Notes: generated by a model from the letters alone, not told the origin. Numbered from the stretch's first letter, positions 47,184 through 57,372 are shown. The stretch: 64,000 bases of DNA from Planctomycetota bacterium (GCA_002748355.1 PDSF01000035.1:14004-78003), one strand, 5' to 3'. A program made the numbers and translations.

Positions 47184-48410
47184 TCAGCGGCCCTTCTGCT
47201 GCGAGCGGCTCGGAGGACGGATGAGCAGGTAGTAGCGAAGCTGAGCCTTGCCCTTGCTCCCCTTCTCCACAGCGGACTTCTGTTCCGCAGAGCGTTTCTG
47301 CTGACCAGCAGTCTTCCGCGTATGGCTCGCCTTCGGAGCCGCCTGCGGCATAGCCGGCCTAGGCGCTAACGGGAGTCGCTGCACCGAGAGACTTCTCCCG
47401 CCGCGAAGCAAACGAACCGCACGCTGCACAGCTTCGGCGCTGCCGCGGAGTTCCAAGAGCATGGGCTGCTGCAGAGGCAGCGCTGCGGCCTCGGGAGCCG
47501 CCTTGCCGCTCCTAGCCGCCTTCTTCTTGGCCGGCTCCTCCTCCGCCTGCCCTTTGAGCTGGGGCTGGGCTGCCAGGCTCCCGACATCCAGCTGCCGCAC
47601 GGAAAGCCCATCGATCCGCGACAGAGAGGCGAGCTCTGGCCGAGTCGAACTCTCGATCACCGACACCAGCTCTAAGCGGGCTTTGCTCTTCGACCGCGCA
47701 AGCGGAGATCGGCCAAGCTCAGCACCGCGCATGCGAGCTAGGCGAGGGGCACCCTCACGAAAGCGATTCGGCGCAGAGGCTTGACCTCGAAGGCTCTCAG
47801 CGAAGGGCTCTGCCACTCCTCTCGTATGGGCACGGGGTTCATCATCTTGGCCAGCGACCGCCCCCGGCTGAGGCTTACTCGCAGAGGACGGCCGAGGCAC
47901 GCTCCTACCTAAAGCGATCTCTTCTTTCTGCGAAGCCAGGTTTTTCGCCTCATCGGCCAGCTCCGCCAGATCCTGGCCAGGGCCGGACTCGGCAAACTCC
48001 TGCCCCGAGAACAATCCCGCGAAAAGCGCCAGGGAGGCTGCAGCCACTGCGACGGAGGCCAGCAACATCCAGGAGGGGCGCCGACGCGACTCGGCGAGCT
48101 GCACCGGCTCTGGGCCGAGCTCAGCCCGCAGTGACTGGAGAATCCTCCCACGCAATTCTGGCGCCTGCTCCGAGACATCCCTGCCCACCTCCCCAAGCAA
48201 GGCAATCGTCTCCAGATAACGCCGATATTCGCCGGCCAGCTCCGGGTCCTTGGCCAGCTCGGCTTCACGTTGCTCTCGCTCAGCCTCCGAAAGACGTGCA
48301 TCCGCCAAGTCGGCAAAGAACTCTGGCATAGCCGGGGCGGCAGCATCGCCGCATTCATCCTCCAAGTGCAAGGCTTCGGGGTCCGCAGACTTCCTATCGC
48401 TGCGCTTCAT
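47184..48410 (-). CDS. Putative anti-sigma factor (single-pass membrane protein)
   Basis: Its start overlaps the stop of the upstream ECF sigma gene by 4 nt. It has an N-terminal cytoplasmic helical region, one TM segment (PSWMLLASVAVAAASLALFAGLF) and a low-complexity extracytoplasmic tail. Confidence 0.55.
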   Translation of the reverse strand: MKRSDRKSADPEALHLEDECGDAAAPAMPEFFADLADARLSEAEREQREAELAKDPELAGEYRRYLETIALLGEVGRDVSEQAPELRGRILQSLRAELGPEPVQLAESRRRPSWMLLASVAVAAASLALFAGLFSGQEFAESGPGQDLAELADEAKNLASQKEEIALGRSVPRPSSASKPQPGAVAGQDDEPRAHTRGVAEPFAESLRGQASAPNRFREGAPRLARMRGAELGRSPLARSKSKARLELVSVIESSTRPELASLSRIDGLSVRQLDVGSLAAQPQLKGQAEEEPAKKKAARSGKAAPEAAALPLQQPMLLELRGSAEAVQRAVRLLRGGRSLSVQRLPLAPRPAMPQAAPKASHTRKTAGQQKRSAEQKSAVEKGSKGKAQLRYYLLIRPPSRSQQKGR

Positions 48411-49168
48411 TGCGAGCCTCCTTCGAGCATGTCTCGCACCCGAGCTCTGGCGCGGTGCAGCCGTGAACGCACGGTGCCGATCGGCAGCTCAAGCACGGCT
48501 CCAATCTCTTCGTAGCTACGCCCTTCGAGGTCGCGCAGGGTCAAGATCACCCGCCAGAGCTCGGGCAGGGCCTCGATCGCCGCCCGGCAACGCCCGAAGA
48601 GTTCGCGCCTGGCGACCTGCTCCGAAGGCTGCGGCACGTCCGCAACCGGATCCGGCATCGGAGCTCGATCCGGATCCGATCCCGCCGGCGCAGCGTTCAA
48701 CGAAAGGGTCAAACGGTCCCGCTTCAGCGCCTTGCGCTTGCGAAGATCCGAGACGCAGAGGTTGCAGGTGATGCGCTGGATCCAGGCCCAAAAGCTGCAT
48801 TCAAGCTGAAAGCTCGCTAGCCCGCGGTACACCCGCAAAAAGACCTCTTGGGTCAGGTCTTCCGCCGATTCTCTGTGACTTGTTGCCATCTTCTGCACCA
48901 ACCGGAACACACGCCGCTGATAGCGGTCGAGCAGTTCTTCGAAAGCTTGTGGCTCTCCAGCCTGGAGCGCCGTGACCAGACGCAGCTCCTCCGGATCGGG
49001 CCCGTGAAAGGGGGCCCCTGACTCTGGCCTCTCGGCATCTAGCACCGGCGAATCTACCAATCTTCCGTCTTCTCTCGCTCTTCCGGGCGCCGAGGGACGC
49101 AGCCCCTCAGCTGCAGTTCCCCGCTCCCGCCTGGAGACGGAAAGCTCGGCTGGATCCTGCTCTTGCAT
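48407..49168 (-). CDS. ECF-type RNA polymerase sigma-70 family factor
   Basis: Region 2 is AEDLTQEVFLRVYRGLASF...FWAWIQRITCN. Region 4 is LRDLEGRSYEEIGAVLELPIGTVRSRLHRARARV. There is an N-terminal extension of about 65 aa if the first ATG is used. Confidence 0.85.
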   Translation of the reverse strand: MQEQDPAELSVSRRERGTAAEGLRPSAPGRAREDGRLVDSPVLDAERPESGAPFHGPDPEELRLVTALQAGEPQAFEELLDRYQRRVFRLVQKMATSHRESAEDLTQEVFLRVYRGLASFQLECSFWAWIQRITCNLCVSDLRKRKALKRDRLTLSLNAAPAGSDPDRAPMPDPVADVPQPSEQVARRELFGRCRAAIEALPELWRVILTLRDLEGRSYEEIGAVLELPIGTVRSRLHRARARVRDMLEGGSQ

Positions 49169-49226
49169 CTGGCTCCAATAAGGTCAATGACCTGATGACG
49201 ATTGCGGATGCTACCCGGAGACGGAC

Positions 49227-49460
49227 ATGCGAAAGCGCCCCTTCCAAGCAAAGTGCCCCTGTTGTGGGGAAAAACTCAGCGTCGACCCTGAGCTGCGCCG
49301 GCTGACCCCCTTCGACAAGACGAAGAAGCCCAAGGACGCTGCCATGCTCGACAGCGCAGACGATCTGCTCCATGCAGACGAAAAACGCCGACAGGACAGC
49401 TTCGAAGCAGCCCTCGAAGACGAGAAGCGCAACAAGCCGAGCCTCGACGACCTGCTCTGA
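49227..49460 (+). CDS. Small hypothetical protein with one CxxC pair
   Basis: 77 aa, MRKRPFQAKCPCCGEKLSVDPE..., with a charged C-terminal half. It is divergent from the ECF sigma gene. Supported only by ORF shape. Confidence 0.4.
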   Translation: MRKRPFQAKCPCCGEKLSVDPELRRLTPFDKTKKPKDAAMLDSADDLLHADEKRRQDSFEAALEDEKRNKPSLDDLL

Positions 49461-49532
49461 GCCCGGCCAACTCCAGATTCCAGCTTCGTACAGACTTAGG
49501 CAAACCAGATCCTTAACGATAGGATTCGAGGC

Positions 49533-49877
49533 ATGGATCTACGGCGACTCGAAGGCGACGTAGCGGAGGCCGACGACTTCTCTTGGGAAGAGCTGCTACG
49601 CAGCAAGCAGCACGGCAGAAGCAAGCTCCGCAAATCGAAGAGGCAACTCGGCACGGGTCTCAGCGCCCTTGCCTTCGTGGCCCTGGGACTGACCCTGTTC
49701 CTCGCCCCATGGCAGCGTGAGCCGTTCCCCAGCCTCGAAGCTCTGCAGAGTTCGGATCCGAGTGTCGACATCCAGCTCCTACGCCTTCACGAGCGGATGC
49801 TCCACAAGCAAGACGAAGCAAGCCTGCACCTACGACTCCGCTGCGCCCTCTGGCTCAAGCGACGGGCGCAGCACTAG
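49533..49877 (+). CDS. Hypothetical single-TM protein
   Basis: 114 aa with one hydrophobic segment (LGTGLSALAFVALGLTLFLAPW). Weak support. Confidence 0.35.
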   Translation: MDLRRLEGDVAEADDFSWEELLRSKQHGRSKLRKSKRQLGTGLSALAFVALGLTLFLAPWQREPFPSLEALQSSDPSVDIQLLRLHERMLHKQDEASLHLRLRCALWLKRRAQH

Positions 49878-49898
49878 CAGGGACGGAAAAAGGCCAAG

Positions 49899-51050
49899 TC
49901 AGCGGAAACGATCGTAGCTCAGTGATCGCTCCCGCCGCACCAGCGCGTGCGCAACCAGCCCAAGCGAGATCCAAGCCGAGCTGAGGGAGGAGCGCCCATA
50001 CGAGAGCAGCGGCATCGGCAGCCCCGTCGTCGGCAGCAAACCGATGCAGACTCCCACATGCACGAAGAACTGCGTTGCCAATAGGGCCGCAGCGCCGATC
50101 GCGAGCAAGCGCCCAAAGCGGTCGCGGAGTGTTCCCGCCAGCCAGAGGATCCTCGCACAAAGCCCAAAGAAGAGCAGCACCAGCAGGGTCCCACCAAAAA
50201 AACCTGTCTCCTCGGCAACGACAGCAAAAAGGAAATCGGTGCTGCGATACGGCAAGAAGTCGTATTTGTTCTGCAGCCCCTGGAAGAGGCCGTCACCGCT
50301 CAGCCCTCCCGAGCCCACGGCGATGAGGCTCTGCCAGAGGTGGTAGCCGACACTGAGCTTGTCCTCTGAGGTCATCTCGGCGCCCTGCCACCAAGTGAGG
50401 ATCCTCGCTTGCTGATACTCGTGCAAAAACGGAAACAAGACGAGAAGGCAGACCGGACCCAAGAGTAGGAGCAAGAGAATCTGCCAAGTCCGCGCCCCGC
50501 TCGCCCAGCACAAGACCAGCGTGACCGGCAGCAGGGTCAGAGCGCTGCCGAGATCAGGCTGGCGTACCATCAGCGCCATCGGAACGAAGCAGGCCAAGAG
50601 TGGCAGTAAGAGATTCCCCAGAAGCTTCGGCTCAGTTCGCAGCCGCAGCCACCAAGCAAGAAAGAGCACGAAGGCCGGTTTGACGAATTCCGAGGGCTGA
50701 ATACTCAGCCCGCCAACGCCGAGCCACCTGCGGGCCCCGTTGCGCACCTGGCCGGCGAGCAGGACCATCACCAGCAGCATGACTGCGAAGACGAAGACAG
50801 GCAGCGCGAGCCGCTGCAGCCTTCGCCGCGAGAGCCAGGGCAGCGCCAGCGATGCCCCCATCAGCAATAACGCGGCAACGACGTGCTTCTTATCCTGCCC
50901 CGCAAAGTCGGAGCTACTCAAAGCCGTGGAGTGGAGGAACAAGGCCCCGACCAAGCAGAGCCCAAGGCCGAGCACATAGACTTCGATGGGGAAGCCACCA
51001 AGGCGCTCCCGCCAACTCTCAAAGCGACTCTGCTGGCGGAGAAAAGGCAT
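49899..51050 (-). CDS. rodA: SEDS-family peptidoglycan glycosyltransferase RodA (FtsW/RodA/SpoVE family)
   Basis: 383 aa, polytopic, with QPSEFVKPAFVLFLAWWL, a family motif. It lies immediately downstream of PBP2, with a 1-nt overlap. Confidence 0.9.
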   Translation of the reverse strand: MPFLRQQSRFESWRERLGGFPIEVYVLGLGLCLVGALFLHSTALSSSDFAGQDKKHVVAALLLMGASLALPWLSRRRLQRLALPVFVFAVMLLVMVLLAGQVRNGARRWLGVGGLSIQPSEFVKPAFVLFLAWWLRLRTEPKLLGNLLLPLLACFVPMALMVRQPDLGSALTLLPVTLVLCWASGARTWQILLLLLLGPVCLLVLFPFLHEYQQARILTWWQGAEMTSEDKLSVGYHLWQSLIAVGSGGLSGDGLFQGLQNKYDFLPYRSTDFLFAVVAEETGFFGGTLLVLLFFGLCARILWLAGTLRDRFGRLLAIGAAALLATQFFVHVGVCIGLLPTTGLPMPLLSYGRSSLSSAWISLGLVAHALVRRERSLSYDRFR

Positions 51051-53629
51051 TAGCGCGGCTCCAAGTACAGGCGCCGTAGCTCTGGATCCGATTCCATCGC
51101 TGCCAGCAAATCACGAATGGCCAACGCTGCACGGGAGCCTTGAAAGCTCTTGTGCGGCACGACGTGATACATAACGGCGAACGCGATACGGGGACTTCGC
51201 AGCGGGGCAAAGCCACAGAACACTGCGTTGTTCCGGTAATTGGGATCGGCATGTTCGGAAAGGATTTCAGGGGTCCCGGTCTTGCCCACAACCTCGATGC
51301 GCAGCCCGGAAAAGACACCGCGTGCCGTGCCATGCCGCGTCACCCGGCGTAGCCCTTCATGGATACGGCGCAGCGCCTCATCCGAAATCCCCAGCGACCG
51401 CCCAGGCTTTTGCCGCAGTTCCCGCCCTCCGACCCGGGTAACGAAGCGGAGCTGCGGTAAACGCCCGGTGGCAAGTCCGGCATAGGCACGGGCCAAGGCC
51501 AGCGGAGTCGTGTGCAGCCCGTAGCCGAGCCCCTGCGCCGAGAGAATCGGCAGCGATCTCTTCCGATTCGACTGCAGCGGCAAGTTCGAGGGGCTCGGCT
51601 GCAGCCCGAGGATCTTCCACTTGCTGGCCCCGCCATCGTGGCTCAAAAAACCAAAGCTCTCTAGAGCCTCGAAAACCCCCTCCTGCCCCAGGGCCTCAGC
51701 TAACTGACCAAAGTAAACGTTGCACGAAGCTGATATCGCCTCCTCCAGCTCCTGCCCAGGCCCCCCCTCACGGTGAGGATGGCAGTCGATGTATTCGCCC
51801 CGGCGATCCGAGGCGTAGTGCTTGTGCCCCACACTCGAACAGCTAGCGAAATCCTGATCGAAGCCCATACCAAAACGCATCGCGTAGGCAGCGAAGATCG
51901 GCTTCATCACCGAACCAGGAAGCGGGTTGTAGCCCTTGCGCAGGGCGTAATTCCCCCAAACCGGCACGAGTTCTCCCGTATCGAATTTGCGGATCTTCTT
52001 CGGCGTTGAAGCCAGGGCGAGGATGTCGCCGCTATCGACATCCACAAGGGCCAGGCCAGCCACACGCTCGAGCCATCGATAACGCTTAGGGCGCGTTCGC
52101 TTATCCGGCACGTAGTAGCGCGCCAAAGCGGCATTGGCGAGGTCTTGCAGGCGGGTATCCAAGGCCAGCTGTACATCGAAGCCACGCGTCGCCTCCGAGA
52201 ACTGCTCACTGCTCAGCTCCCGACCCCGCCGATCCTGCATCAAGGCCCGCAGGCCACCTCGCCCACTGAGTTGCTCGTTGAGAGCATACTCAATACCGCT
52301 GCGTCCCTGGCGCTTCGCCGAACGGAGCACGCTGTGCGCGAACTTACCCCGCCAACCGAGGAGGTACTTCCAATCCTCCTCTTCGACGCGAAGCAGCTGG
52401 CGAACCCTGGCAAGGTCCTGCTCCTGGCGATGGATCCCAGATTGCTTGTCCCTGTCGTTCTTAGCCGAAAAACGACTGACCACACCGATGAAGGAGTAAC
52501 GATCGGATCCAACAGGATGCACTGGATACTTGCGATCGACGGTCTCCCCTACCTGGAAGCCGGGCAAGGTCTCATTACGAACAGCCAACCAAGAAGCGCA
52601 GCTTTCGAAATCTACCGGGCTCTGCACCGTGAGAGGAAGCTCCTCAGCACGGAAACGCCAGCGAAGGAGTTCCTCGGTAGTGAAATCACCATCTTCAACG
52701 CTGCGAAGCACTGCCGGGGACCAGAGTCCGAAGAACTTGCGCAACCCGGCAAAACGCTGGTCTGCCCGCTGCTTCACTCGCTCGGCGTCCTGTTCGATCA
52801 GTTTCTTGGCGAGGCGGGCGTGGTAGGCATCGAGGCTGTCCAAGAACTCACTCAGCCTCCCCCTCTGCCCCTTCGCCACATTGGGCCCCCGCAACAGGAC
52901 CCGAGCTCCAAGCCGGCTCTCGAGTGCTAGCAACTGCCGATGCCCTCGCAGCACCCCAGCAAAGACCTCCTGGAACAGGGCATTTCCCCCAGCGCGCCCC
53001 TGCCCTCGGCGGAAGACCTCGGCCAAGACATCGAAGACGGGCTCCCTACTCGGCTCGGCATGCAAGGCGTCGAAGCGAAGCCCCAGCTTGACCTGGCTCG
53101 GGAACTCCTCGCGACTCGAGTCGATCGCGAGTCGCACCAGTTCCATCACGTAGAAGCGCATGGTCGAGAGCAGCCAGCCGTCCAGCGGTCCCTTTTTGTG
53201 CAACCAACGAGCTGGCCATGAGGCTATCCGCTGTAGGGCCTGCCCAAAGCGATTCTGAAAATCGCTATACCGAAGAGCTTCCTCTCCAGCTGGACGGGGT
53301 GGCGAAGGCAGGTAAGGGTCCTGATGCAAACGACGCACGAAGCGATCGAGGTCCACCATCAGGGCCACCACCTGTCCCTTGCGGAAGTCGCGATAGCGCA
53401 GCTGTAGGGTGAACTCCGGCACATCCTTCGCCAAGACCTGCCCCCGCCGATCAAGGATCGACCCACGCATTCCAGGGACCCACTGGAAGCCCTTGAGGTT
53501 GTGCCGACGCCGCTCCGCCCAGACTTCGCTGTGACCAAGCTGTAAGTAGGCCAGCCGAGCAACGAGCAGCAAGGCTCCGGCGCCGAGCAGCAGAATAAGG
53601 ACACGACTACGCGAGACGACCGTGCTCAT
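51050..53629 (-). CDS. mrdA: Penicillin-binding protein 2 (class B transpeptidase), unusually long
   Basis: N-terminal TM anchor, RGSILDRRGQVLA, active-site SVMK (SxxK, Ser about aa 573), SCN (SxN) and KTGT. The 859-aa protein compares with about 630 aa for E. coli PBP2. Confidence 0.9.
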   Translation of the reverse strand: MSTVVSRSRVLILLLGAGALLLVARLAYLQLGHSEVWAERRRHNLKGFQWVPGMRGSILDRRGQVLAKDVPEFTLQLRYRDFRKGQVVALMVDLDRFVRRLHQDPYLPSPPRPAGEEALRYSDFQNRFGQALQRIASWPARWLHKKGPLDGWLLSTMRFYVMELVRLAIDSSREEFPSQVKLGLRFDALHAEPSREPVFDVLAEVFRRGQGRAGGNALFQEVFAGVLRGHRQLLALESRLGARVLLRGPNVAKGQRGRLSEFLDSLDAYHARLAKKLIEQDAERVKQRADQRFAGLRKFFGLWSPAVLRSVEDGDFTTEELLRWRFRAEELPLTVQSPVDFESCASWLAVRNETLPGFQVGETVDRKYPVHPVGSDRYSFIGVVSRFSAKNDRDKQSGIHRQEQDLARVRQLLRVEEEDWKYLLGWRGKFAHSVLRSAKRQGRSGIEYALNEQLSGRGGLRALMQDRRGRELSSEQFSEATRGFDVQLALDTRLQDLANAALARYYVPDKRTRPKRYRWLERVAGLALVDVDSGDILALASTPKKIRKFDTGELVPVWGNYALRKGYNPLPGSVMKPIFAAYAMRFGMGFDQDFASCSSVGHKHYASDRRGEYIDCHPHREGGPGQELEEAISASCNVYFGQLAEALGQEGVFEALESFGFLSHDGGASKWKILGLQPSPSNLPLQSNRKRSLPILSAQGLGYGLHTTPLALARAYAGLATGRLPQLRFVTRVGGRELRQKPGRSLGISDEALRRIHEGLRRVTRHGTARGVFSGLRIEVVGKTGTPEILSEHADPNYRNNAVFCGFAPLRSPRIAFAVMYHVVPHKSFQGSRAALAIRDLLAAMESDPELRRLYLEPR

Positions 53630-54126
53630 CCACTCGGCTCCGTTCGCTTCGCTCGCGCATGACGCAAGCCCATTCCCTGCCCAAGCAGCGGCAGGATAAG
53701 GAGCAAGCCCGGGCCGATCACGCCACTGAGAAATACCGCCAGGACGCTACGCCGCATCGGATCGCCGAGGCCCTGCCCGAAGAGCATGGCCTGCCCGAGG
53801 CTCAATCCGACTGCGGCCAAGGCGCAGAGTAGCATTTGCCAGTACCAACGCTCAGAGAACAGGTAGCTGCTCAGGGTCCGTAAGAGTAGCCAGAGGCCTA
53901 GCAAGAGCCAAAGCTGTGCGTGCAAGGCACCAGGCATCAGAAGGCTGCGCGGAATCGCCAGCAAGAGCATCAGCAAGAGGGAAGAGCGAGCATTGAGCGT
54001 CAATGCCGCATACACGAGAAAGACCGCGGTCAAATCCGGGGCATGTCCGCCGAGCCGTGCATTGACCAAGACTTCGACCCCAAGGATCTGCACCAAGATA
54101 AAGGAGCGCATCACGGTAGCGATCAT
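53626..54126 (-). CDS. mreD: Rod shape-determining protein MreD
   Basis: 166-aa polytopic protein lying between mreC and mrdA, with 4-nt overlaps on both sides. Called mainly from synteny. Confidence 0.7.
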   Translation of the reverse strand: MIATVMRSFILVQILGVEVLVNARLGGHAPDLTAVFLVYAALTLNARSSLLLMLLLAIPRSLLMPGALHAQLWLLLGLWLLLRTLSSYLFSERWYWQMLLCALAAVGLSLGQAMLFGQGLGDPMRRSVLAVFLSGVIGPGLLLILPLLGQGMGLRHARAKRTEPSG

Positions 54127-55520
54127 CGCTGGCGCCCCCTCTCAGCATCAGCTTCCTCAATGATGAAGAGAGCATGCTCTTTGGGATCGAAGCGAGCATG
54201 CTGCACTTCGAGTTCTCTCCCTTGCTGCCCGGCAACGAGCCCAATACGCCAACCAGCAGGCAATCGTGCATTTAGGGTTCCGCTAAAGAGGCGCGCCCCC
54301 AGCAGTTCGTGCTCGAAGTCCTCAGGCCAAACGATCCGCCACTTGGAGCCCAGGTCGCTCAAGCCGCGCCCCTCAACAACGAGGGCATGCAGGCGATCGC
54401 TGCCCGGCAGTTCGGCAAGGATCGGTAGGCGTTGCCCCCGAGAGCCCAGCCGCTCGGCGAGCGTCAGGCCCAAGACGCCTTCGGCGCTGATGGCAACAAG
54501 GTGATCACCACAAAAAATGCCAGCCTTCGCTGCGAGCCTTGGGCCATGGAAGAGCATCCTCTGGAAGCCCAGACCGGCAGGCCCATTCCAGGCCAGCTTG
54601 ACCCGCCGCTGCACCCTCAGCGCCCAACGCTGCTGCGCCTGTTCGACGAGCTTCTGAGCCCGAGGAGGAACGAAAAGTACCAGGGCCACCAGGCTACGTG
54701 CGTCCCAATCAGGGCGAAGGAAGCGCGTCAGGACGAAGCCCCGATCCAAATAGCCCCAGTCTTCGATAGTGCCGACCCGCAGCCCCTTGGGTAGCGGGCG
54801 CTCGGACTCCAAAGCAAATGCCGTGTGCGCAACGAAGGGAAAGCGCCCGGGCGACCAAGTATTCAAGTGCCTGGGCGTGGTCAGGAAGGCCTGCAGCGGG
54901 TGAGGATCCTCCGCACCGGCCCCTTCGACCACGAGCTTGACCCGCGGCAGCTCCGGATGGCTCACCGATCGAGCCTCGGCAACCACCCGCTGCCGGGTCC
55001 CGCGCACCGGCCGATCGGCGAGGCTGCGCACCAGTACATTGCCTCCCGCGCTCGGTTCACGCTGCACAAAGCCCACCAGGCTCTTGCCCACGACGACGGG
55101 GGAATCGACGATCTCTTCGATCAAGTCTTCACTGTGCGGCAGCTGCAGCTCGAGCAGGGTCCGCCGCCCCACACTGCGCCGAGCTCGTGCCTCCAAGACT
55201 TCGACAAGCACAGGGCTCCGCGGCTCAACCCCTTGGGCAAAGAGAGTCACGACCTCAGGGTCCAGCACCGCGCGACCAAGCTTCTCACGGAGTCGTAGCT
55301 GCAGCTGCACAGCCTTGCTCCCCATGGGCTGGGGCGGCGCTGCCCCAGTGCTCAGGGACTTCAGCTCAGCGAACCCAAGACTTGGTCGCAGCAGCACGGC
55401 GCTTGCTCCCCGGAGCCAAGCCGCAACAGGGAGATCTCGCTCCGGTGCCCGAAGCGCAAGGGGCGTAAGCAGCAAGAAGCCCAGCAACACCCAGCGCGTT
55501 TGTGCAGTGTCGCGTTTCAC
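54123..55520 (-). CDS. mreC: Rod shape-determining protein MreC (long form)
   Basis: It has an N-terminal anchor (WVLLGFLLLTPLAL), beta-rich repeats and a KSLVGFVQRE motif resembling GLVGRV. It sits between mreB and mreD. 465 aa. Confidence 0.7.
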   Translation of the reverse strand: MKRDTAQTRWVLLGFLLLTPLALRAPERDLPVAAWLRGASAVLLRPSLGFAELKSLSTGAAPPQPMGSKAVQLQLRLREKLGRAVLDPEVVTLFAQGVEPRSPVLVEVLEARARRSVGRRTLLELQLPHSEDLIEEIVDSPVVVGKSLVGFVQREPSAGGNVLVRSLADRPVRGTRQRVVAEARSVSHPELPRVKLVVEGAGAEDPHPLQAFLTTPRHLNTWSPGRFPFVAHTAFALESERPLPKGLRVGTIEDWGYLDRGFVLTRFLRPDWDARSLVALVLFVPPRAQKLVEQAQQRWALRVQRRVKLAWNGPAGLGFQRMLFHGPRLAAKAGIFCGDHLVAISAEGVLGLTLAERLGSRGQRLPILAELPGSDRLHALVVEGRGLSDLGSKWRIVWPEDFEHELLGARLFSGTLNARLPAGWRIGLVAGQQGRELEVQHARFDPKEHALFIIEEADAERGRQR

Positions 55521-55604
55521 GCCCCTCCCCTCGTGGAGCCGTAATCCTCAAGCGGAGCATGGGGAGAGGGACTCCGCTGCCCTCCCCAGCCGGCTCAGCT
55601 CAGC

Positions 55605-56648
55605 TCAGCTCTGATAGAGGAACTCGGCCAGTCGGTCCAGCTGTCCAAGGATGACCCCGGTGCCCTGGGCAACGCAGGTCAAGGGCTGCTCGGCAAAGCG
55701 CACGTCCAGATCCATCTCCTCCTGGATGGCCAAGTCGAGGCCGCGCAGCATCGATCCACCACCGGCAAGGGTGATGCCGGTCTGCGTCAGGTCGGCACTG
55801 AGTTCGGGCGGCGTATTCTCGAGCACAGACTGGATGCCCTGGACGATTTGCCGCACTGGTTCACTAAGGGCGCCGCGGATCTCGTCGGAGTTGACGATGG
55901 TGCGACGTGGACGACCGCTGATGAAGTCGCGCCCTCGAACCTCAAGCGAGTATTCGGTCTCGAGCTCACGCGCCGAACCAATCGTGCGCTTAATAGTTTC
56001 GGCCATCAGCGGACCGATCAGGAGGTTGTACTCCTCACGGATATGCCGAACGATGGCTTCATCGAAGCTATCCCCGGCCACGCGCAGACAGGTCGCCGAG
56101 ACGATACCGGCAAGCGCCAGCACTGCGATCTCGGTGGTCCCTCCGCCGATATCGACGATCATCGAGCCCTGGCTCGCGGTGACGTTGAGTCCGGCACCCA
56201 GCCCCGCAGCAATCGGCTCTTCCACCAGATAGACGTTGCGGGCGCCGGCACGCTCGGCCGAATCAATGAAAGCCCGCCGCTGCACCTCATTGGTACCGTA
56301 CGGGATCGCAATGACCAGGCGCGGCTTGACGAAGTGCCGTCGTCCGTGGATGTCCCGCACGAAGTAGCGAATCATCGCCTCTGCAATCTCAAAGTCGGCA
56401 ATCACGCCTTCTCTGAGTGGACGAACGACTTCGATGCCTGCTGGGGCACGTCCCTGCATCTCGTAGGCGCGATGGCCAACAGCCTGACCGCCGAGGATGA
56501 CCTCGCTCGTCCCGCTTTTGACGGCAACGACCGAGGGCTCATCGCGAACGAGACCGCCATCACGAATCCAAACGAGGGTATTGGCCGTTCCGAGATCGAC
56601 TCCCATGTCGACCGAGAACCGCCCTGCGAGCCACTCCAAGAGCTTCAC
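55605..56648 (-). CDS. mreB: Rod shape-determining actin homolog MreB
   Basis: Motifs VDLGTANTLVW, DIGGGTTEIAVL and AGDSFDEAI. The likely start is GTG at 56648, with AGGAGG 6 nt upstream, giving 347 aa. The ORF track extends to 56780. Confidence 0.95.
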   Translation of the reverse strand: MKLLEWLAGRFSVDMGVDLGTANTLVWIRDGGLVRDEPSVVAVKSGTSEVILGGQAVGHRAYEMQGRAPAGIEVVRPLREGVIADFEIAEAMIRYFVRDIHGRRHFVKPRLVIAIPYGTNEVQRRAFIDSAERAGARNVYLVEEPIAAGLGAGLNVTASQGSMIVDIGGGTTEIAVLALAGIVSATCLRVAGDSFDEAIVRHIREEYNLLIGPLMAETIKRTIGSARELETEYSLEVRGRDFISGRPRRTIVNSDEIRGALSEPVRQIVQGIQSVLENTPPELSADLTQTGITLAGGGSMLRGLDLAIQEEMDLDVRFAEQPLTCVAQGTGVILGQLDRLAEFLYQS

Positions 56649-56985
56649 GCCGTGCCTCCTGGCTGCGTTCGAGACCAAACGAGCGGAACTGGCCCCGAAT
56701 CTCCCCTGTGGATCCGCCCAGGGCCATACCAGCCCGAAGGGCCTGACCTGCTGGAGGGACCTGATTCGCTTTCCCCCCAATGAGGCGCGCCTACTGGCCC
56801 CAGCCAGCGCCGAGGGAGTCTAGCAGAGGGCGGCGACGCCACCACTGCTTTCTCTGCCCCTAGCGAAAAGGGGGCAACAGTAGCTAGGAACTTGGAGTGC
56901 CAGGTATACGAGATCCCTGGCCCTAGCTACCGCCCTGCCAGCAACGCCTTCACATAGCTAGCGGAAAACGCAGCTGCTCGAAAAC

Positions 56986-57014
56986 GCAAAAAGCCCACGC
57001 AACTCGCGTGGGCT
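56986..57014 (-). terminator. Rho-independent terminator (minus strand)
   Basis: The minus strand reads AGCCCACGC-GAGTT-GCGTGGGCT followed by TTTTTGCG. It lies downstream of the 57184..57372 ORF. Confidence 0.65.
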
Positions 57015-57183
57015 TCTTCTTGGATCGACTCCTAGCCATAGGCAAGGAAAACTCTGCTGAGGCCGCGGAGACGATCCAAAGTCCCGCGGGTGTCACGGTC
57101 TACTGCTGCATCACAGCCGGAAGAACATCACAGCTGAAAAACAGCAAGCCCGTGTGTAGCCCCCTCCAAGGGAGGCCAGCGTC

Positions 57184-57372
57184 TCAGCCCCCGAAGGGGC
57201 CAACGCCATACTGACCACCGAGATGGACCATCAGGATGATCGTGGCGGTGAGAAGGGTCAGGAAGGTCAACGAGCAGATGCCGATGTCGATCCCCATTCC
57301 CGGACCAGACTCTTCTTCGATCACCTCGATGGGCTCTTCGACGAGCGCTTCGTTCTTCTTACGACGTGCCAT
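57184..57372 (-). CDS. Small membrane protein (hypothetical)
   Basis: 62 aa with an acidic N-terminus and one TM segment (IGICSLTFLTLLTATIILMV). A terminator follows. Confidence 0.5.
   Translation of the reverse strand: MARRKKNEALVEEPIEVIEEESGPGMGIDIGICSLTFLTLLTATIILMVHLGGQYGVGPFGG

Noticed and set aside
55605-56780. Maximal ORF extensions used as gene starts: MreB 391 aa, EF-G 757 aa, PNPase 1078 aa, protease 898 aa, MoeA 432 aa and others.
   Set aside because: The extensions lack homology-like sequence. Internal starts give canonical N-termini or signal peptides, often with a good Shine-Dalgarno sequence (for example AGGAGG 6 nt before the mreB GTG). The shorter coordinates are therefore reported.
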